Below are positions 48,995-60,064 of a stretch of 64,000 bases of DNA, piece after piece. The stretch covers positions 1,217 through 65,216 of the forward strand of contig JBJKQR010000016.1 of the NCBI GenBank assembly GCA_046735395.1, read 5' to 3'. Position 1 is the stretch's first letter. Each line of letters opens with the position of its first letter. Below the pieces are notes generated by a model. The model saw nothing but the letters and a program-made list of their open reading frames with translations. It had not been told where the DNA came from and did no database searches. A program made the translations under genes and the position numbers. Origin of the DNA: Fidelibacterota bacterium. GTDB lineage: Bacteria; Fidelibacterota; Fidelibacteria; Fidelibacterales; DSDE01.

Positions 48995-50173
48995 TCAGGC
49001 CTGCAGCTCGATCCGGAAGGTCGTTCCGGCTCCGGCTGATGTCTGTAATATATAAATCCGGCCTTTGTGATATTCTTCAATGATCCGCTGGGTCAGGCTC
49101 AGTCCCAGGCCCCAGCCGCGCTTTTTAGTACTGAAACCTGCCTTGAAAACGGATTTCCGGAATTTTTCGGGTATACCTTTACCCGTATCGGACACATCAA
49201 TGAATACTTTTCGGTCATTGATACTCTTCAGGTTCACGGATATGGTACCGGCCTGCCCCTCCAGCGCGTCAACCGCGTTCTTGATGAGATTCTCCAGGGC
49301 CCATTCGAGCAGATCTCCGTTGCCTTTCAGCTTGAGCGGTGTGTAGTGCCTGCCGTCGAAGAGAAGTTCCACATTGGAGTTTTTCCGGGGGATGCGGGTG
49401 CTCATGTATTCCTGAACATTGTGTATGTGCGTTTCCAGCTGTATGGGGGTGCGTCGGGTCCTGGATCCGATCTGGGAAAAGCGATGGGATACCTTTTCCA
49501 GCCGCTGTATGTCACGGTCCATCTCTTCAAATTCATTGACATCACGTCCGAAGCGTTCCCGGGCAAGTTCCAGCCAGCCCATGAGCGAGGAGATGGGAGT
49601 GCCCAGCTGGTGCGCGGTTTCCTTTGCCATGCCCACCCAGATGAACTTCTTTTCGGATGACCGGATATATTCAAAGACCATGAAGGCAAAGAGGATGAGG
49701 ATGGTCGCACCGAAGATTTCGATGAAGGGCATCCATTTCAGGCGGGTAATGACCTGGGAGTCACCGTAGTGAATATAGCTGATGGGTCGGTTGTCATATT
49801 CGAGCATGACGGGCCGGGTGTAGCGGTCCATTTCCCGGGCCTTTTTCAGAAGGAGAGCTGTCTTTTCCTCATTGAGCCGGTCTGTATTGGGAATATCCGG
49901 AATGTTTTTCCAGGCAGTTATTTCACTGTTAGGCCGGGCTGTGATGATGATGGGAAAGGTCAGCCGGTTGATGATTTCATCAAAAATGAAGGAGAAGTCA
50001 CCGATCTGGTCATTGCTGGCCAGCTTGGCGTATAATTCGGTATAGATGGACAGGACGCGCTCGGATTCATGTCTGAGATTATTCACATTCTGGTGTGAGT
50101 AGATGATGACGCCCAAAATAAACAACAGAGATACGGTCAGAAAAAATAGTTTGATTCTGGATGTTGAAAACAT
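48995..50173 (-). CDS. Membrane sensor histidine kinase
   Basis: Two TMs, WVGMAKETAHQLGTPISSL, ENLIKNAVDA, DTGKG, GWGLGLSL. Confidence 0.92.
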   Translation of the reverse strand: MFSTSRIKLFFLTVSLLFILGVIIYSHQNVNNLRHESERVLSIYTELYAKLASNDQIGDFSFIFDEIINRLTFPIIITARPNSEITAWKNIPDIPNTDRLNEEKTALLLKKAREMDRYTRPVMLEYDNRPISYIHYGDSQVITRLKWMPFIEIFGATILILFAFMVFEYIRSSEKKFIWVGMAKETAHQLGTPISSLMGWLELARERFGRDVNEFEEMDRDIQRLEKVSHRFSQIGSRTRRTPIQLETHIHNVQEYMSTRIPRKNSNVELLFDGRHYTPLKLKGNGDLLEWALENLIKNAVDALEGQAGTISVNLKSINDRKVFIDVSDTGKGIPEKFRKSVFKAGFSTKKRGWGLGLSLTQRIIEEYHKGRIYILQTSAGAGTTFRIELQA

Positions 50174-50174
50174 G

Positions 50175-51068
50175 CTATCTCCCCGGTGTTGACATGTCAG
50201 GATTAAGGAGGGACAGGATCCGCGGACAGTCCTGATAATCGCGGATAACGGACAGATCCCTGTATTCCCTGAAAAGGTCCTTCAGTTGTGTTTCCTGCGA
50301 TTTGCCGCCGAACTCGAGAACGGCAGCGCCTCCGGCAGAAAGCCAGTGCTTGAAGTGTGCTGCAAATAATTTATAAAAGGAGAGGCCGTCGCCTCCGTCG
50401 CTGAGTGCCATATAGGGTTCATAATGACTGACCCTTTTATCAAGCCCTGCCAGTTCGGGTTCGGAAATATAGGGGGGATTGGACATGATGAGTGTATAGG
50501 GGCTGTCCGGACTGAAGGTATTGACGTCTTCCCTGATGATGTGGATTCTGTCTGACAGATTGTGATAGCGGATATTCCGCTCCATCACTTTGCAGGCTTC
50601 GACGGATTTTTCCAGAGCCTCAATGCGGGCATTGGGAAGGTGCCGGGCGACCGCAATAGACATGGCACCCGATCCGGCGCCGATATCGAGAATCCGATAC
50701 TCCTCGTAGCAGCCCTCCCGGAAAATCCGCAGCACTTCATCCACAAGGAGTTCGGTTTCCGGGCGGGGAATGAGAACATGTTCATCGACAACGAGTTTCA
50801 GTCCGTAAAATTCTGTCTGACCGATGATCTGCTGAACGGGTTTATGTGCCGCGCAGAGAAGCAGATAGGATTTGAACTTCTGCAGCTCAGGCGCATCGAG
50901 GGGCCGGTCAAAATTCATGTATAACTGGACACGGCTGCAGTCCAGTACATCGCAGAGCATCCATTCCACAGAGGAACGTGCATCATCGATCTGTTTCTGC
51001 TGAAGGTAATCCGTCGACCAGGCCATCAAATCTGTGATTCGCCAGATTTTAGGAGATTCCATGGTCAT
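50175..51068 (-). CDS. prmC: Release factor glutamine methyltransferase PrmC/HemK
   Basis: VLIPRPETE, LDIGAGSG, SNPPY; lies downstream of prfA. Confidence 0.95.
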   Translation of the reverse strand: MTMESPKIWRITDLMAWSTDYLQQKQIDDARSSVEWMLCDVLDCSRVQLYMNFDRPLDAPELQKFKSYLLLCAAHKPVQQIIGQTEFYGLKLVVDEHVLIPRPETELLVDEVLRIFREGCYEEYRILDIGAGSGAMSIAVARHLPNARIEALEKSVEACKVMERNIRYHNLSDRIHIIREDVNTFSPDSPYTLIMSNPPYISEPELAGLDKRVSHYEPYMALSDGGDGLSFYKLFAAHFKHWLSAGGAAVLEFGGKSQETQLKDLFREYRDLSVIRDYQDCPRILSLLNPDMSTPGR

Positions 51069-51088
51069 TCTCCGGACTTTGAATCCGC

Positions 51089-52150
51089 TTAGAGATTGTT
51101 GAGTTTTTCGAGATTTTCGGCAACTTTCAGATGTTCGATAAGATCGTAGATATCGCCATCCAGAAAGGACGCCAGCTGATGTATGGTATAATTGATCCGG
51201 TGGTCGGTCACCCGGCCCTGCGGAAAATTATAGGTTCGGATTTTTGCGCTGCGGTCACCGGTGCTCACCTGGGATTTCCGTTCTGCGGCGATCTCCGCAT
51301 CCCGCTTTTCCAGCTGGTAACTGAGGACGCGGCTGGACAGGATCTTCATGGCCTTTTCTTTATTCTTGTGCTGGGATTTTTCATCCTGGCAGGTTACCAC
51401 GATCCCGGTTGGGAAATGGGTGATACGAATGGCGCTCTCGGTCTTATTGACGTGCTGACCTCCGGCGCCGCTGGCCCGATAGGTGTCAATGCGGATATCC
51501 TTGTCTTCAATATCAGCTTCTACTTCGGAGGCCTCAGGCAAAACAGCTACGGTTGCAGCGGAAGTATGAATGCGGCCGCTGCTCTCGGTGACGGGAACCC
51601 GCTGAACCCGATGGACACCTGATTCATATTTCAGGATTCCGAAAGCACCGTCGCCATTAATGGAAAAGGAAATCTCCTTGATTCCTCCCGGACCGGAAGG
51701 AGAGAGAGAGAGGACGTCCTTACGCCATCCCTGACGTTCCGTGAAACGTGAGTACATGCGATAGAGATCTGCAGCAAACAGCGCAGCCTCGTCTCCGCCG
51801 GTTCCGGCGCGAATTTCAATAATGGTGTTCCGGACGTCATTCGGATCCTTGGGGATGAGAAGGATGCGAATGTCCTCCTCAAGCTGGTCCCGTCTTTCCC
51901 GGAGTTCATCCAGTTCATCGCTGACCAGAGCTTTCAGTTCCTCATCTTTCCCGGCAAGAATGGACAAATCGTCCTCAATATGGGCCAGAACCTCCCTGTA
52001 TTCCTTGTGGGCGGCCATGATCGGTTCCAGGGCCTTCTGGTCGCGGGACAGCTGTTGATATTTTGCCGGATCCTGAAAAGTTTCAGGCTGGCTCAACTCA
52101 TTGACGATTTCTTCGTAACGCTTGCGTATATCGGTCAGTTTTTCCTGCAT
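51089..52150 (-). CDS. prfA: Peptide chain release factor 1
   Basis: [10 protein letters not shown] (PxT motif of RF1), [24 protein letters not shown]. Confidence 0.97.
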   Translation of the reverse strand: MQEKLTDIRKRYEEIVNELSQPETFQDPAKYQQLSRDQKALEPIMAAHKEYREVLAHIEDDLSILAGKDEELKALVSDELDELRERRDQLEEDIRILLIPKDPNDVRNTIIEIRAGTGGDEAALFAADLYRMYSRFTERQGWRKDVLSLSPSGPGGIKEISFSINGDGAFGILKYESGVHRVQRVPVTESSGRIHTSAATVAVLPEASEVEADIEDKDIRIDTYRASGAGGQHVNKTESAIRITHFPTGIVVTCQDEKSQHKNKEKAMKILSSRVLSYQLEKRDAEIAAERKSQVSTGDRSAKIRTYNFPQGRVTDHRINYTIHQLASFLDGDIYDLIEHLKVAENLEKLNNL

Positions 52151-52153
52151 GGC

Positions 52154-53107
52154 TCACTCGATTGCATCCGCCTTGTAGGTCTTTCCCCGGTATTTTTCCC
52201 AATCGCCGGCAAAGGCCTCCTTCAGGGATGTGCGGGCAACTTCGAGCATACTGTCATCCGGCTGCCGGGTCGTGATTCTCTGAAGCCAGAGTCCGGGTTT
52301 GGTCATCCAGCCAAACCATCGGCTTTCCATATGACGGGCGGTAAATTTGATGCCCTCATAGCCCAGGCCCGCCACCAGCGGAATCATGGGGAGGTGGAAG
52401 AGCAGGCGTGTTTTCAGGGTCAGCGTACCCAGAAAATAAATCAGCGATGCATCAATGGCGGCGTAAAGTATAATGGCCGTGACCAGCGAAATGAAAAGGA
52501 AACTGGTTCCGCAGCGGGGATGATAGGTGCTGAAGGGCCGGATTTCCTCAATGTCCATATTCCGGCCGTTTTCAAAGGCAAAAATCGTCTTGTGCTCGGC
52601 TCCGTGATACTGGAAGAGTCGTTTTACATCATCCATCCGTGAAATGAGAAAGAGATAGAGCAGAAAAAACACAATGCGAAATACACCCGAAACGAGGTTG
52701 AAAGTCCAGGCGGTCTTTTCGATGGAAAAGGCACGGGTTGTGAGCCAGAGCGGCAGAACGAAAAAGAAGGCGATGGCCAGCCCGAAGGCAAAAACGGTAA
52801 GCAGCAGGTCGCCCAGCTTCGCAAAGGTTCCCTTTTCCTTTTGCTCATGGTCGGCCTCGCTCATATCCGCGCTGTACTGCAGGGTCTGCATGCCGATCTT
52901 CATGGCCTCAAAAAGTGAAATCATGCCCCGGAGTACGGGAAGTGACAGGATTTTAAACCGTTTTACCAGGCTTTCAAATTTTTGCCGGTCAAAGACGATG
53001 CTGCCGTCGGGCCGTCTCACTGCCGTGGCATAGGCGCCCGGAACCCGCATCATCACACCTTCAATGACAGCCTGTCCTCCGACCAGGATGCTGGTCTTCT
53101 GGAGCAT
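52154..53107 (-). CDS. DUF1385 family membrane protein; start revised to 53107
   Basis: VGGQAVIEGVMMR, FQYHGAEHK, HPRCGTSF, GLWLQRITT; typical rpmE-DUF1385-prfA/prmC context. Confidence 0.9.
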   Translation of the reverse strand: MLQKTSILVGGQAVIEGVMMRVPGAYATAVRRPDGSIVFDRQKFESLVKRFKILSLPVLRGMISLFEAMKIGMQTLQYSADMSEADHEQKEKGTFAKLGDLLLTVFAFGLAIAFFFVLPLWLTTRAFSIEKTAWTFNLVSGVFRIVFFLLYLFLISRMDDVKRLFQYHGAEHKTIFAFENGRNMDIEEIRPFSTYHPRCGTSFLFISLVTAIILYAAIDASLIYFLGTLTLKTRLLFHLPMIPLVAGLGYEGIKFTARHMESRWFGWMTKPGLWLQRITTRQPDDSMLEVARTSLKEAFAGDWEKYRGKTYKADAIE

Positions 53108-53189
53108 GGGGTATAAAATTTTTCTTAGTAAATACAAAATAGCCCACCTGTATGTGATAGAGGCAGTCTCAGATTTATGAATCCCGAAT

Positions 53190-53390
53190 CTAGTTTTTGC
53201 CGTATTTTCTTCGGAACTTCTCGATGCGTCCTGCAGTATCGACCAGCTTCTGTTTGCCGGTATAAAAGGGATGGCAGGCAGAGCAGATTTCAACTTTGAT
53301 GTCACCGCTCGTTGAACGGGTTTCAAAAGTGTTTCCGCATACGCAGCTGACCGTGGCGACTTCGTATTTGGGATGTATTCCCTGTTTCAT
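53190..53390 (-). CDS. rpmE: 50S ribosomal protein L31 (Zn-binding type A)
   Basis: [12 protein letters not shown] and [18 protein letters not shown]. Confidence 0.97.
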   Translation of the reverse strand: MKQGIHPKYEVATVSCVCGNTFETRSTSGDIKVEICSACHPFYTGKQKLVDTAGRIEKFRRKYGKN

Positions 53391-53421
53391 AGTTCTCCTT
53401 TTTGCACTTTCATAGCCTGAA

Positions 53422-53450
53422 AATTTAATTCAACTCAGATTTATTTTCAA
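53422..53450 (-). promoter_or_regulatory. sigma70-like promoter of rpmE
   Basis: Minus strand TTGAAA-17 nt-TAAATT. Confidence 0.6.
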
Positions 53451-53519
53451 GCAGATTTTAATTCTTTCAGCAGACTTCGGAATATTTCCGAAACGGGACC
53501 GGATTCGGGCCGGGAAAGA

Positions 53520-54314
53520 TCAGCTGTTTCCCTCTCCCTGAGTCTTTCCTGAAAAGGCATCTGCGAAACGGCGAAAAGGTTCGAAAAAGTCAATGGGGAT
53601 GGGAAAGATGGTTGTTGTGTTGTTTTCGGATGAAATTTCCACCAGTGTCTGCAGGTATCTGAGCTGGATGGCAGAGGGATGGCGGTCGATGATTTCCGCT
53701 GCCTGCGCAAGCCGTTCAGATGCCTGGAATTCCCCTTCGGCGGCAATAATCTTGGCCCGGCGTTCCCGCTCAGCTTCCGCCTGCTTGGCCATGCTCCGCT
53801 GCATTTCAACGGGAAGATCCACGTGCTTGATTTCCACATTGGCGACCTTCACACCCCAGGGATCGGTATGGCGGTCAATGATTTCCTGCAGGCTGTGATT
53901 GATCTTTTCCCGGTCGCTGAGCAGTTCGTCCAGCTCGCTCTGTCCCAATATGGACCGGAGTGTGGTCTGGGCCAGCTGGGAGGTCGCATAATCATAATTC
54001 TCAACCTGAACTACCGCTTTCTGAGGATCCAGGATGCGGTAATAGATGACAGCATTGACTTTGATGGAGACATTATCCTTGGTTATGACATCCTGCGGGG
54101 GAACATCCATGACAACGGTCCGCAGTGATACTTTCACCATCTTATCAATGACGGGAATCAGGATGATGATGCCCGGGCCCTTGGACTTGATGACGCGTCC
54201 GAGGCGGAAAATGACTCCCCGTTCATATTCCCTCAGAACTTTGATGGCCGATGACAGAAACATAACCACGATTACAAAGAGGGCAGACAGGCTGAATAAA
54301 GAATCAGAAAACAT
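53520..54314 (-). CDS. SPFH/stomatin (slipin) family protein
   Basis: [46 protein letters not shown]. Confidence 0.95.
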   Translation of the reverse strand: MFSDSLFSLSALFVIVVMFLSSAIKVLREYERGVIFRLGRVIKSKGPGIIILIPVIDKMVKVSLRTVVMDVPPQDVITKDNVSIKVNAVIYYRILDPQKAVVQVENYDYATSQLAQTTLRSILGQSELDELLSDREKINHSLQEIIDRHTDPWGVKVANVEIKHVDLPVEMQRSMAKQAEAERERRAKIIAAEGEFQASERLAQAAEIIDRHPSAIQLRYLQTLVEISSENNTTTIFPIPIDFFEPFRRFADAFSGKTQGEGNS

Positions 54315-54332
54315 AATTCGGTACTCCTGTGT

Positions 54333-55622
54333 TTATATTTTTTTTACATGCAATACAAGATGAGTGACATCCATGATCTCTACCTGGGAATAGCGCGGGA
54401 TTTCCTCATCCGCCACCGCTTTCCAGATTTCACCATTAATGAACACGGTTCCGCCATTGGCATTGACCGTGCTGGCTGTTTCGCCCGTTTCTCCGACAAG
54501 CCCTTCGAAACCGGTGACCGGCTTGTTCTTCATGGCTTTCACGACAAGCTTTACCGCTACTCCGAAAAGCAGGACTGCAAAGATGACCGAGGGAATGATG
54601 ATGGACCAGGATACCCTCAGAACGGGATCCGGGGAGTCGAAGAGCATGAGCGACCCGATGATCATGGCGACAATTCCTCCTATGGTCAGCATACCGTAGC
54701 TGATGATTTTTATTTCAAGTACAAAGAGAATGATGCCCAACAGAATGAGGGCGATGCCGGCGAAATTCACCGGCAGAATCTGGAAGGCGTAGAAGGCGAG
54801 AATAAGAAAAAACAGGCCGAGAACCCCGGGCAGGATACGTCCGGGACTGGAGATTTCAAAGAACAGGCCGTAGAAACCGAGCATCATTAGCAGGTAGGCC
54901 ACATTGGGATGGGAAAGAATATCCAGCAGCTGATACTTCCAGCTCATGGATTTTTCATGGACCATTTCTCCCTTGCAATGCAGAACAACAGGGCTGCCGG
55001 CAACCGTGACAGTCCGGTTGTCCAGACTGTCCAGAAGGGCGGCTCTGTCCCGTGCGATAAGATCTATCACCCTGAGCTTCAGCGCTTCCGTTTCGGTTAC
55101 GGAGACGGAATGGATGACGGCATCCTTCAGCCATTCGCGGTTGCGTCCTCTCTCATCCGCAATGGACTGAATGGTTGCGACGGCGTCATTGGTCACCTTT
55201 TCGATCATGGTATCCGAACTGTCCTTCCGGGCCTGAGTTCCGAAAAGTCCGCCGCCGCTTGTGACCGGATGGGCAGCGCCGATATTGGTTCCCGGGGCCA
55301 TGGCTGCCACATGGGCGCAGGCCGTGATGAATACGCCGGCCGAGGCTGCCTGTGCGCCGGAGGGAGCGACATAGACGATGACCGGGATGTCTGAGGCCAT
55401 GATGGTCTTGATGATGTGCCGCATGGAGGTCATAAGGCCGCCGGGCGTATCCAGTTCTATGATGACGCAGGAGCGCCCCTGCTCCCCCGCTTCCAGAATG
55501 TTGTCGGAAATATATTTGTCGGAGGCGGGATTGATGATCCCGTTAACGGATATGAGGCTAATTCCCCCGGCCTGCAGCAGGGATATGACAAAGAAAAGCA
55601 GGACGGTTATCCGTTTTTTCAT
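54333..55622 (-). CDS. nfeD: Long-form NfeD (ClpP-like serine protease, TM domain and OB fold)
   Basis: LDTPGGL, AASAG, GTNIGAAHPV, TGFEGLVG, INGEIWKA. Confidence 0.93.
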   Translation of the reverse strand: MKKRITVLLFFVISLLQAGGISLISVNGIINPASDKYISDNILEAGEQGRSCVIIELDTPGGLMTSMRHIIKTIMASDIPVIVYVAPSGAQAASAGVFITACAHVAAMAPGTNIGAAHPVTSGGGLFGTQARKDSSDTMIEKVTNDAVATIQSIADERGRNREWLKDAVIHSVSVTETEALKLRVIDLIARDRAALLDSLDNRTVTVAGSPVVLHCKGEMVHEKSMSWKYQLLDILSHPNVAYLLMMLGFYGLFFEISSPGRILPGVLGLFFLILAFYAFQILPVNFAGIALILLGIILFVLEIKIISYGMLTIGGIVAMIIGSLMLFDSPDPVLRVSWSIIIPSVIFAVLLFGVAVKLVVKAMKNKPVTGFEGLVGETGETASTVNANGGTVFINGEIWKAVADEEIPRYSQVEIMDVTHLVLHVKKI

Positions 55623-55687
55623 GCTCTCCTCACACAGTATCAGTCTTTGCCTGTAGTATAAGGAAAAAAGACATAAATACCATAAGA

Positions 55688-56839
55688 TTAAATGAAATTC
55701 AGCCGGTAGAGGTTGTACTTTTTACTGATACGTCCACCGGACTTTTCCATGAGTTTGTTCATTCTCCCGTTCTGTGCCTGTATCCAGGATACTTCGGCAG
55801 TGTCCACATTGTGGAGAAATGCCTGATCCCGGATTTTCCTGTAGAGTGAGGCATCAATGCCGGAATCCAGGAATCGGTGATCAAGTTCAATAACCAGGAT
55901 TCGAAGTGACCGGGGGTGACGGATACTGTGTCTGAGCCGAAGATAGCTGAGCGGCCCGAAACTGCCCCGGGCATTCCGCGGAATCTCATTGATGTTGGGG
56001 AGAGCCAGGCATACACCGATGGGTTCATCATTGATTTCAGCGATCCAGGCAAAATCGGGGTGGGACAGTTTGGCGAGATTCCGGGCCCGGTTCTCAAAAT
56101 CTTCCGCATCGGGCGGATAATTTCCCCAGTCCGGCTGCCAGGCATTGCTGTATACATTATAGGCTCGTTTCAGTTCATCCGGGAGCCTGTCCTTGCGAAA
56201 TTTCCGGATGATCAGTCCCGGCGTCTTTTCCGCCGTGGATGCGATCTTGAGGACCAGGGGATGAAGTTGGGAATTCCTGTCGAAATGCCAGGCATAATGC
56301 TGTTTTTCCAGCTGGAATCCGTATTTCTCCCATAATTCTCTGTAATAGGGCGGGTGATAGGGCATGAAGATGGAGGGTGGCAGCCTGAATCCTTCGGCAA
56401 GAAGGCCGGCTTCGTCATTTATGGTAAAATTAACCGGCCCGAGGATGGAGCTGCAGTGATTCTGTCTGAGCCAGTCCCGGGCAGAATCAAAGAGAGCTTC
56501 AGCAACCGGGTGGCTGTGGAGACATTCAAAGAAGCCGATGAATCCGCAGTGATCCTGGTAAATTTCATTGTGTCTCCGGTTCAGGTGAGCAGAAATACGC
56601 CCGACCGGAGAACCATCCCGGAAAGCCATAAATAATTGTGCCTTGTTTCTCTTTAGAAAGTCGGAATATTTTGCATCAAGCCGGCGTTTTTCCATGAAGC
56701 GAAAAGGTGGAATCCACTGTTCATGGTGACGATAGAGCCGGTAGGGCAGGTTGATGAATTGTTTCATCAAGCCGGATGATTCAACGGGAACGATCCGGAT
56801 CCCGTGATGGCCGTCGGTCCTGTTTAGCATTTCCATCAT
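55688..56839 (-). CDS. YghO-like tandem GNAT acyltransferase (bacterial ceramide synthase-like family); start revised to about 56839
   Basis: FINLPYRLY..WIPP, GRISA, GFFE, GPVNF..NDE.GLL.EGF..PP..MPYHPPYY, LPNINE, EVSWI...N..MN. Confidence 0.72.
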   Translation of the reverse strand: MMEMLNRTDGHHGIRIVPVESSGLMKQFINLPYRLYRHHEQWIPPFRFMEKRRLDAKYSDFLKRNKAQLFMAFRDGSPVGRISAHLNRRHNEIYQDHCGFIGFFECLHSHPVAEALFDSARDWLRQNHCSSILGPVNFTINDEAGLLAEGFRLPPSIFMPYHPPYYRELWEKYGFQLEKQHYAWHFDRNSQLHPLVLKIASTAEKTPGLIIRKFRKDRLPDELKRAYNVYSNAWQPDWGNYPPDAEDFENRARNLAKLSHPDFAWIAEINDEPIGVCLALPNINEIPRNARGSFGPLSYLRLRHSIRHPRSLRILVIELDHRFLDSGIDASLYRKIRDQAFLHNVDTAEVSWIQAQNGRMNKLMEKSGGRISKKYNLYRLNFI

Positions 56840-57095
56840 TTGTATTTTATCGAGTGGCCGGCACATATCCAAGGAAAATATTAAACAGGGAGGGATCCGA
56901 TTCTCTTTATCCATTTCAGAGCAGGTGCAGACGTCAGGCCGGACAAATGGGGAATATGCATGGTACAACTGCTGATGATCGTTGATTTTACCACGGCAAG
57001 AGTCTAAATTACGTCGCTGAAGAAGGAGCTGTTGCCTGGAAAAAAATGGCAGGGAAACGCATCGGGTAAACGGAACCGGAGACGAAGGCGATCCG

Positions 57096-60041
57096 TTGTT
57101 CAGGGACCATATTCTGGCCGGACAGCTGCTCAGGAATATTTTTTCCAGCAGCCACTGGCCCATCTGGATTATGAGCCCGGACGGACTTCTTCTGGATATC
57201 AATGATTCCGGGGAAAAAGTCCTGAATATCGAGAAATCGAAATTTGTGGGCAGATACAATTTTTTTCATGACAGGATTCTGAAATCTCAGAAATTTGAGG
57301 AAATGGTTCAAAATATTCTGCAGACCGGAACCTTTCAGGAAGGAAATATCCGTTTTCGCAGATATGAAAAAGGACGCGATGCTTCCCTTTCCGGCGATGA
57401 TGCCCTGTTTCTTTCCGGTGTGATTCATCCGGTCTTGGACAGGTCCGGGAACGTCCGTTATCTTGTAGGTCAGTTCATCGATAAGACGGAACAGAAATCC
57501 CTGAGCCCGGAAAAATATATGACGATTGCCGAGTATGCCTACGACTGGGAAGAATGGATCCGTCCTGACGGCAGCTATGAATATCTCTCCCCCAGTTTCA
57601 AACGGATTACGGGATATGAACCGACGGAACTGCTTCAGGATCCGGAGCTGCTGTTGCGGATCTGCTGTGAAGAAGACCGCTCGCTGCTGCGAAGTCAGAT
57701 TCGGGAGGCTTTTGACAACAAAGGGACACTGAGGGATTTTGAATTTCGAATCCATCACCGGGACGGGGCACTGCTCTGGATTCACCACAGCAGTCAGCCG
57801 GTTTATTCGGAGCAGGGGAAATATCTGGGACAGAGAGCGTCGAACCGTGACATTACACGGCGGAAAAATATGGAACTCAAACTCAGATCACTGACAGAGA
57901 TGAACAGCCGCCTGAGCACGGATTATGCAAAAAATATCAAATCCATTCTGGAGGACATCCCCTCACTGATCCCGGGGCGATGCCTCATCTTTGCGCCGGG
58001 CAGAGACAGTGATCAGGACGGAATTATCTGGTATGACGATGCGTATTCCTGCCGGGATGGCCGGGAATTGATTTCTTTCTGGAAACATTATCATGCCGGG
58101 TATCTGACGCTGAAAACCGACAAGGCGGATGTTTACAGAGATGAATTTCAGGATACGAGCCACAGCTGTCTGGAAAATGCCGGCATCGGGAGTTTTATCT
58201 TTTATAATTTTTATATGGGCACTCTGGTTCGGGGCAGCCTCTGTATTCTGCACGAGCCCGGCTTTGTTTTCAGTGATTTTGATCAATACCTGCTGAGTAC
58301 GGTGGGGCAGATCCTGGATACACAGATGCAGAAGGAGGATCTCTTCGATGTCCTGACCCGCCAGCAGGCAGATCTGGAAAAACGAAGCGCGGATATCGAA
58401 CTGATAAAAAGCCTCAATGAAGCCGGGAATACCTGTCAGAATTTTGGCGAAATAATTCAATTTTTATATAATTATACCACGAAATCGTTTAATTCATATG
58501 GCTATATCTTTTTACCGGTAGACCGTGACAAGGAAACCATAGCCTTCAATGATGAAATTCTGCGGGATCTGACCCGTAAAAAGAACCGGATTACCGGCCG
58601 GGAATCCTCACCCAAAATTTATTCCTTCGTGGACGATCCTTTGCTGAAATCCTATTTCGAACATCCGGAACAGCGGCTGATGGTGGATGGCAGTCCGGCG
58701 ATGGAGCATTTCCGAAGTATCTTTTCCGAAGTGATCGGGACCCGCAGCCTCTTTGATGAAATGAAGGAATGCCTGATTGTTCCGGTGCTGTCGGATAAGC
58801 AGATTCTCGGAGTTCTCTGCCTTCCGGAAAAGGAACGGGTACGGAAAACCGATGAAATCCGGCTCGGATCGGTAGCCCTGGCTCTCGTGCCCATTTTTGA
58901 AAAATTTTCTGCGGCGGAACGGCTGCGGAAAAGCGAACTTCAGTATCGCGGACTGGTGGAGCAGAGCAATGACGGAATCGTGATTCTTCAGGATGAAATC
59001 ATCCATTTCGCAAATCCGAAAATGGGAGACATCCTTCTTCTGGAAAATAATGGCCTGGTCGGCCGGAATTTTCTGGATTTTGTGAATGAGGAAGAACGTG
59101 AAAAATTTCGCAAACGGCATCACAACCGATTGAACGGAGGCTATGAGCCGGCCATTTACGATATGGTTCTGGTACGGACCAATGGTGAGCGGATTCCGGT
59201 GGAGATCAACAGCTCCGTATCCCAGTCCCTCCATGGCCGCCCCGCTTCCCTGACCATCGTGCGGGACACGCGGGAACGGAAAAAGGCGGAGGACGCCCGT
59301 ACCAATTTTCTGATTCAGCAGGAAAAGCTGCGCAGTATGAATATCATGGCCGCGTCCATTGCCCATAATTTCAATAACGCCCTTCAAAGTATCCTCGGGG
59401 GAATGGAAATCGCCATGCAGACCATGGGTGACGATTCACCGGCCTACAAGATCCTGAAACTTTCGGAAAGCTCGGCCCGGGAAGCCCGTGAACTCGGCCA
59501 GCTGATGCTGACCTATGTGGGATATACACAGGGGCGTTTTGACGAGATTGAGCTGAATGGGGTGCTGCAGTCCGAAGCGGATAAATTCCACTCCGAGCAG
59601 CAGAATATTGAAATCAGTATCCGGCTGCATTCCCGGAAAATCCGGATCCGTGCCGATGAAAAACAGCTTCGTCAGGTGATCCGTCAGTTGTTGAACAATT
59701 CCCTGGAAGCTCTGGCCGGGATCAGTAAAAAACGTATTGAGATCAGTACAGCTGTGATCCGCAGTGATTTTCAGATGGTGAAGCATAATTTCATGGAGGA
59801 GAAGTCGGAATACAGCGCCGTGATAAAAATATTCGATAACGGAGAAGGAATGGATGCTTCCGTTCTTGAACGGGTCTTCGATCCCTATTTCAGCACCCGC
59901 TTCGCCGGCCGGGGCTTGGGACTGGCTGTGGTGCAGGGCATCATGAGAAGCCACAAAGGCGCGATTCACATAAGTTCTGAAATGAATAACGGAACGGAAG
60001 TTAAATTATATTTTTCATATAATTTTGAAACGGAAGCTTAA
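57096..60041 (+). CDS. Cytoplasmic PAS/GAF sensor histidine kinase without REC domain
   Basis: PAS (AYDWEEW..PDG..YLSPS..ITGY; NRDITRRK), GAF-like segments, SIAHNFNNAL, DNGEGM, GRGLGLA. Start uncertain. Confidence 0.88.
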   Translation: MFRDHILAGQLLRNIFSSSHWPIWIMSPDGLLLDINDSGEKVLNIEKSKFVGRYNFFHDRILKSQKFEEMVQNILQTGTFQEGNIRFRRYEKGRDASLSGDDALFLSGVIHPVLDRSGNVRYLVGQFIDKTEQKSLSPEKYMTIAEYAYDWEEWIRPDGSYEYLSPSFKRITGYEPTELLQDPELLLRICCEEDRSLLRSQIREAFDNKGTLRDFEFRIHHRDGALLWIHHSSQPVYSEQGKYLGQRASNRDITRRKNMELKLRSLTEMNSRLSTDYAKNIKSILEDIPSLIPGRCLIFAPGRDSDQDGIIWYDDAYSCRDGRELISFWKHYHAGYLTLKTDKADVYRDEFQDTSHSCLENAGIGSFIFYNFYMGTLVRGSLCILHEPGFVFSDFDQYLLSTVGQILDTQMQKEDLFDVLTRQQADLEKRSADIELIKSLNEAGNTCQNFGEIIQFLYNYTTKSFNSYGYIFLPVDRDKETIAFNDEILRDLTRKKNRITGRESSPKIYSFVDDPLLKSYFEHPEQRLMVDGSPAMEHFRSIFSEVIGTRSLFDEMKECLIVPVLSDKQILGVLCLPEKERVRKTDEIRLGSVALALVPIFEKFSAAERLRKSELQYRGLVEQSNDGIVILQDEIIHFANPKMGDILLLENNGLVGRNFLDFVNEEEREKFRKRHHNRLNGGYEPAIYDMVLVRTNGERIPVEINSSVSQSLHGRPASLTIVRDTRERKKAEDARTNFLIQQEKLRSMNIMAASIAHNFNNALQSILGGMEIAMQTMGDDSPAYKILKLSESSAREARELGQLMLTYVGYTQGRFDEIELNGVLQSEADKFHSEQQNIEISIRLHSRKIRIRADEKQLRQVIRQLLNNSLEALAGISKKRIEISTAVIRSDFQMVKHNFMEEKSEYSAVIKIFDNGEGMDASVLERVFDPYFSTRFAGRGLGLAVVQGIMRSHKGAIHISSEMNNGTEVKLYFSYNFETEA

Positions 60042-60064
60042 TAGCTGTCAGGGGGAAGAGTGTT

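Noticed and set aside
53108-53326. N-terminal extension of the DUF1385 ORF overlapping rpmE (similar extensions at 56840-57259 and 7049-7084)
   Set aside because: Family homology begins at downstream Met codons; the extensions come from calling the longest ORF.
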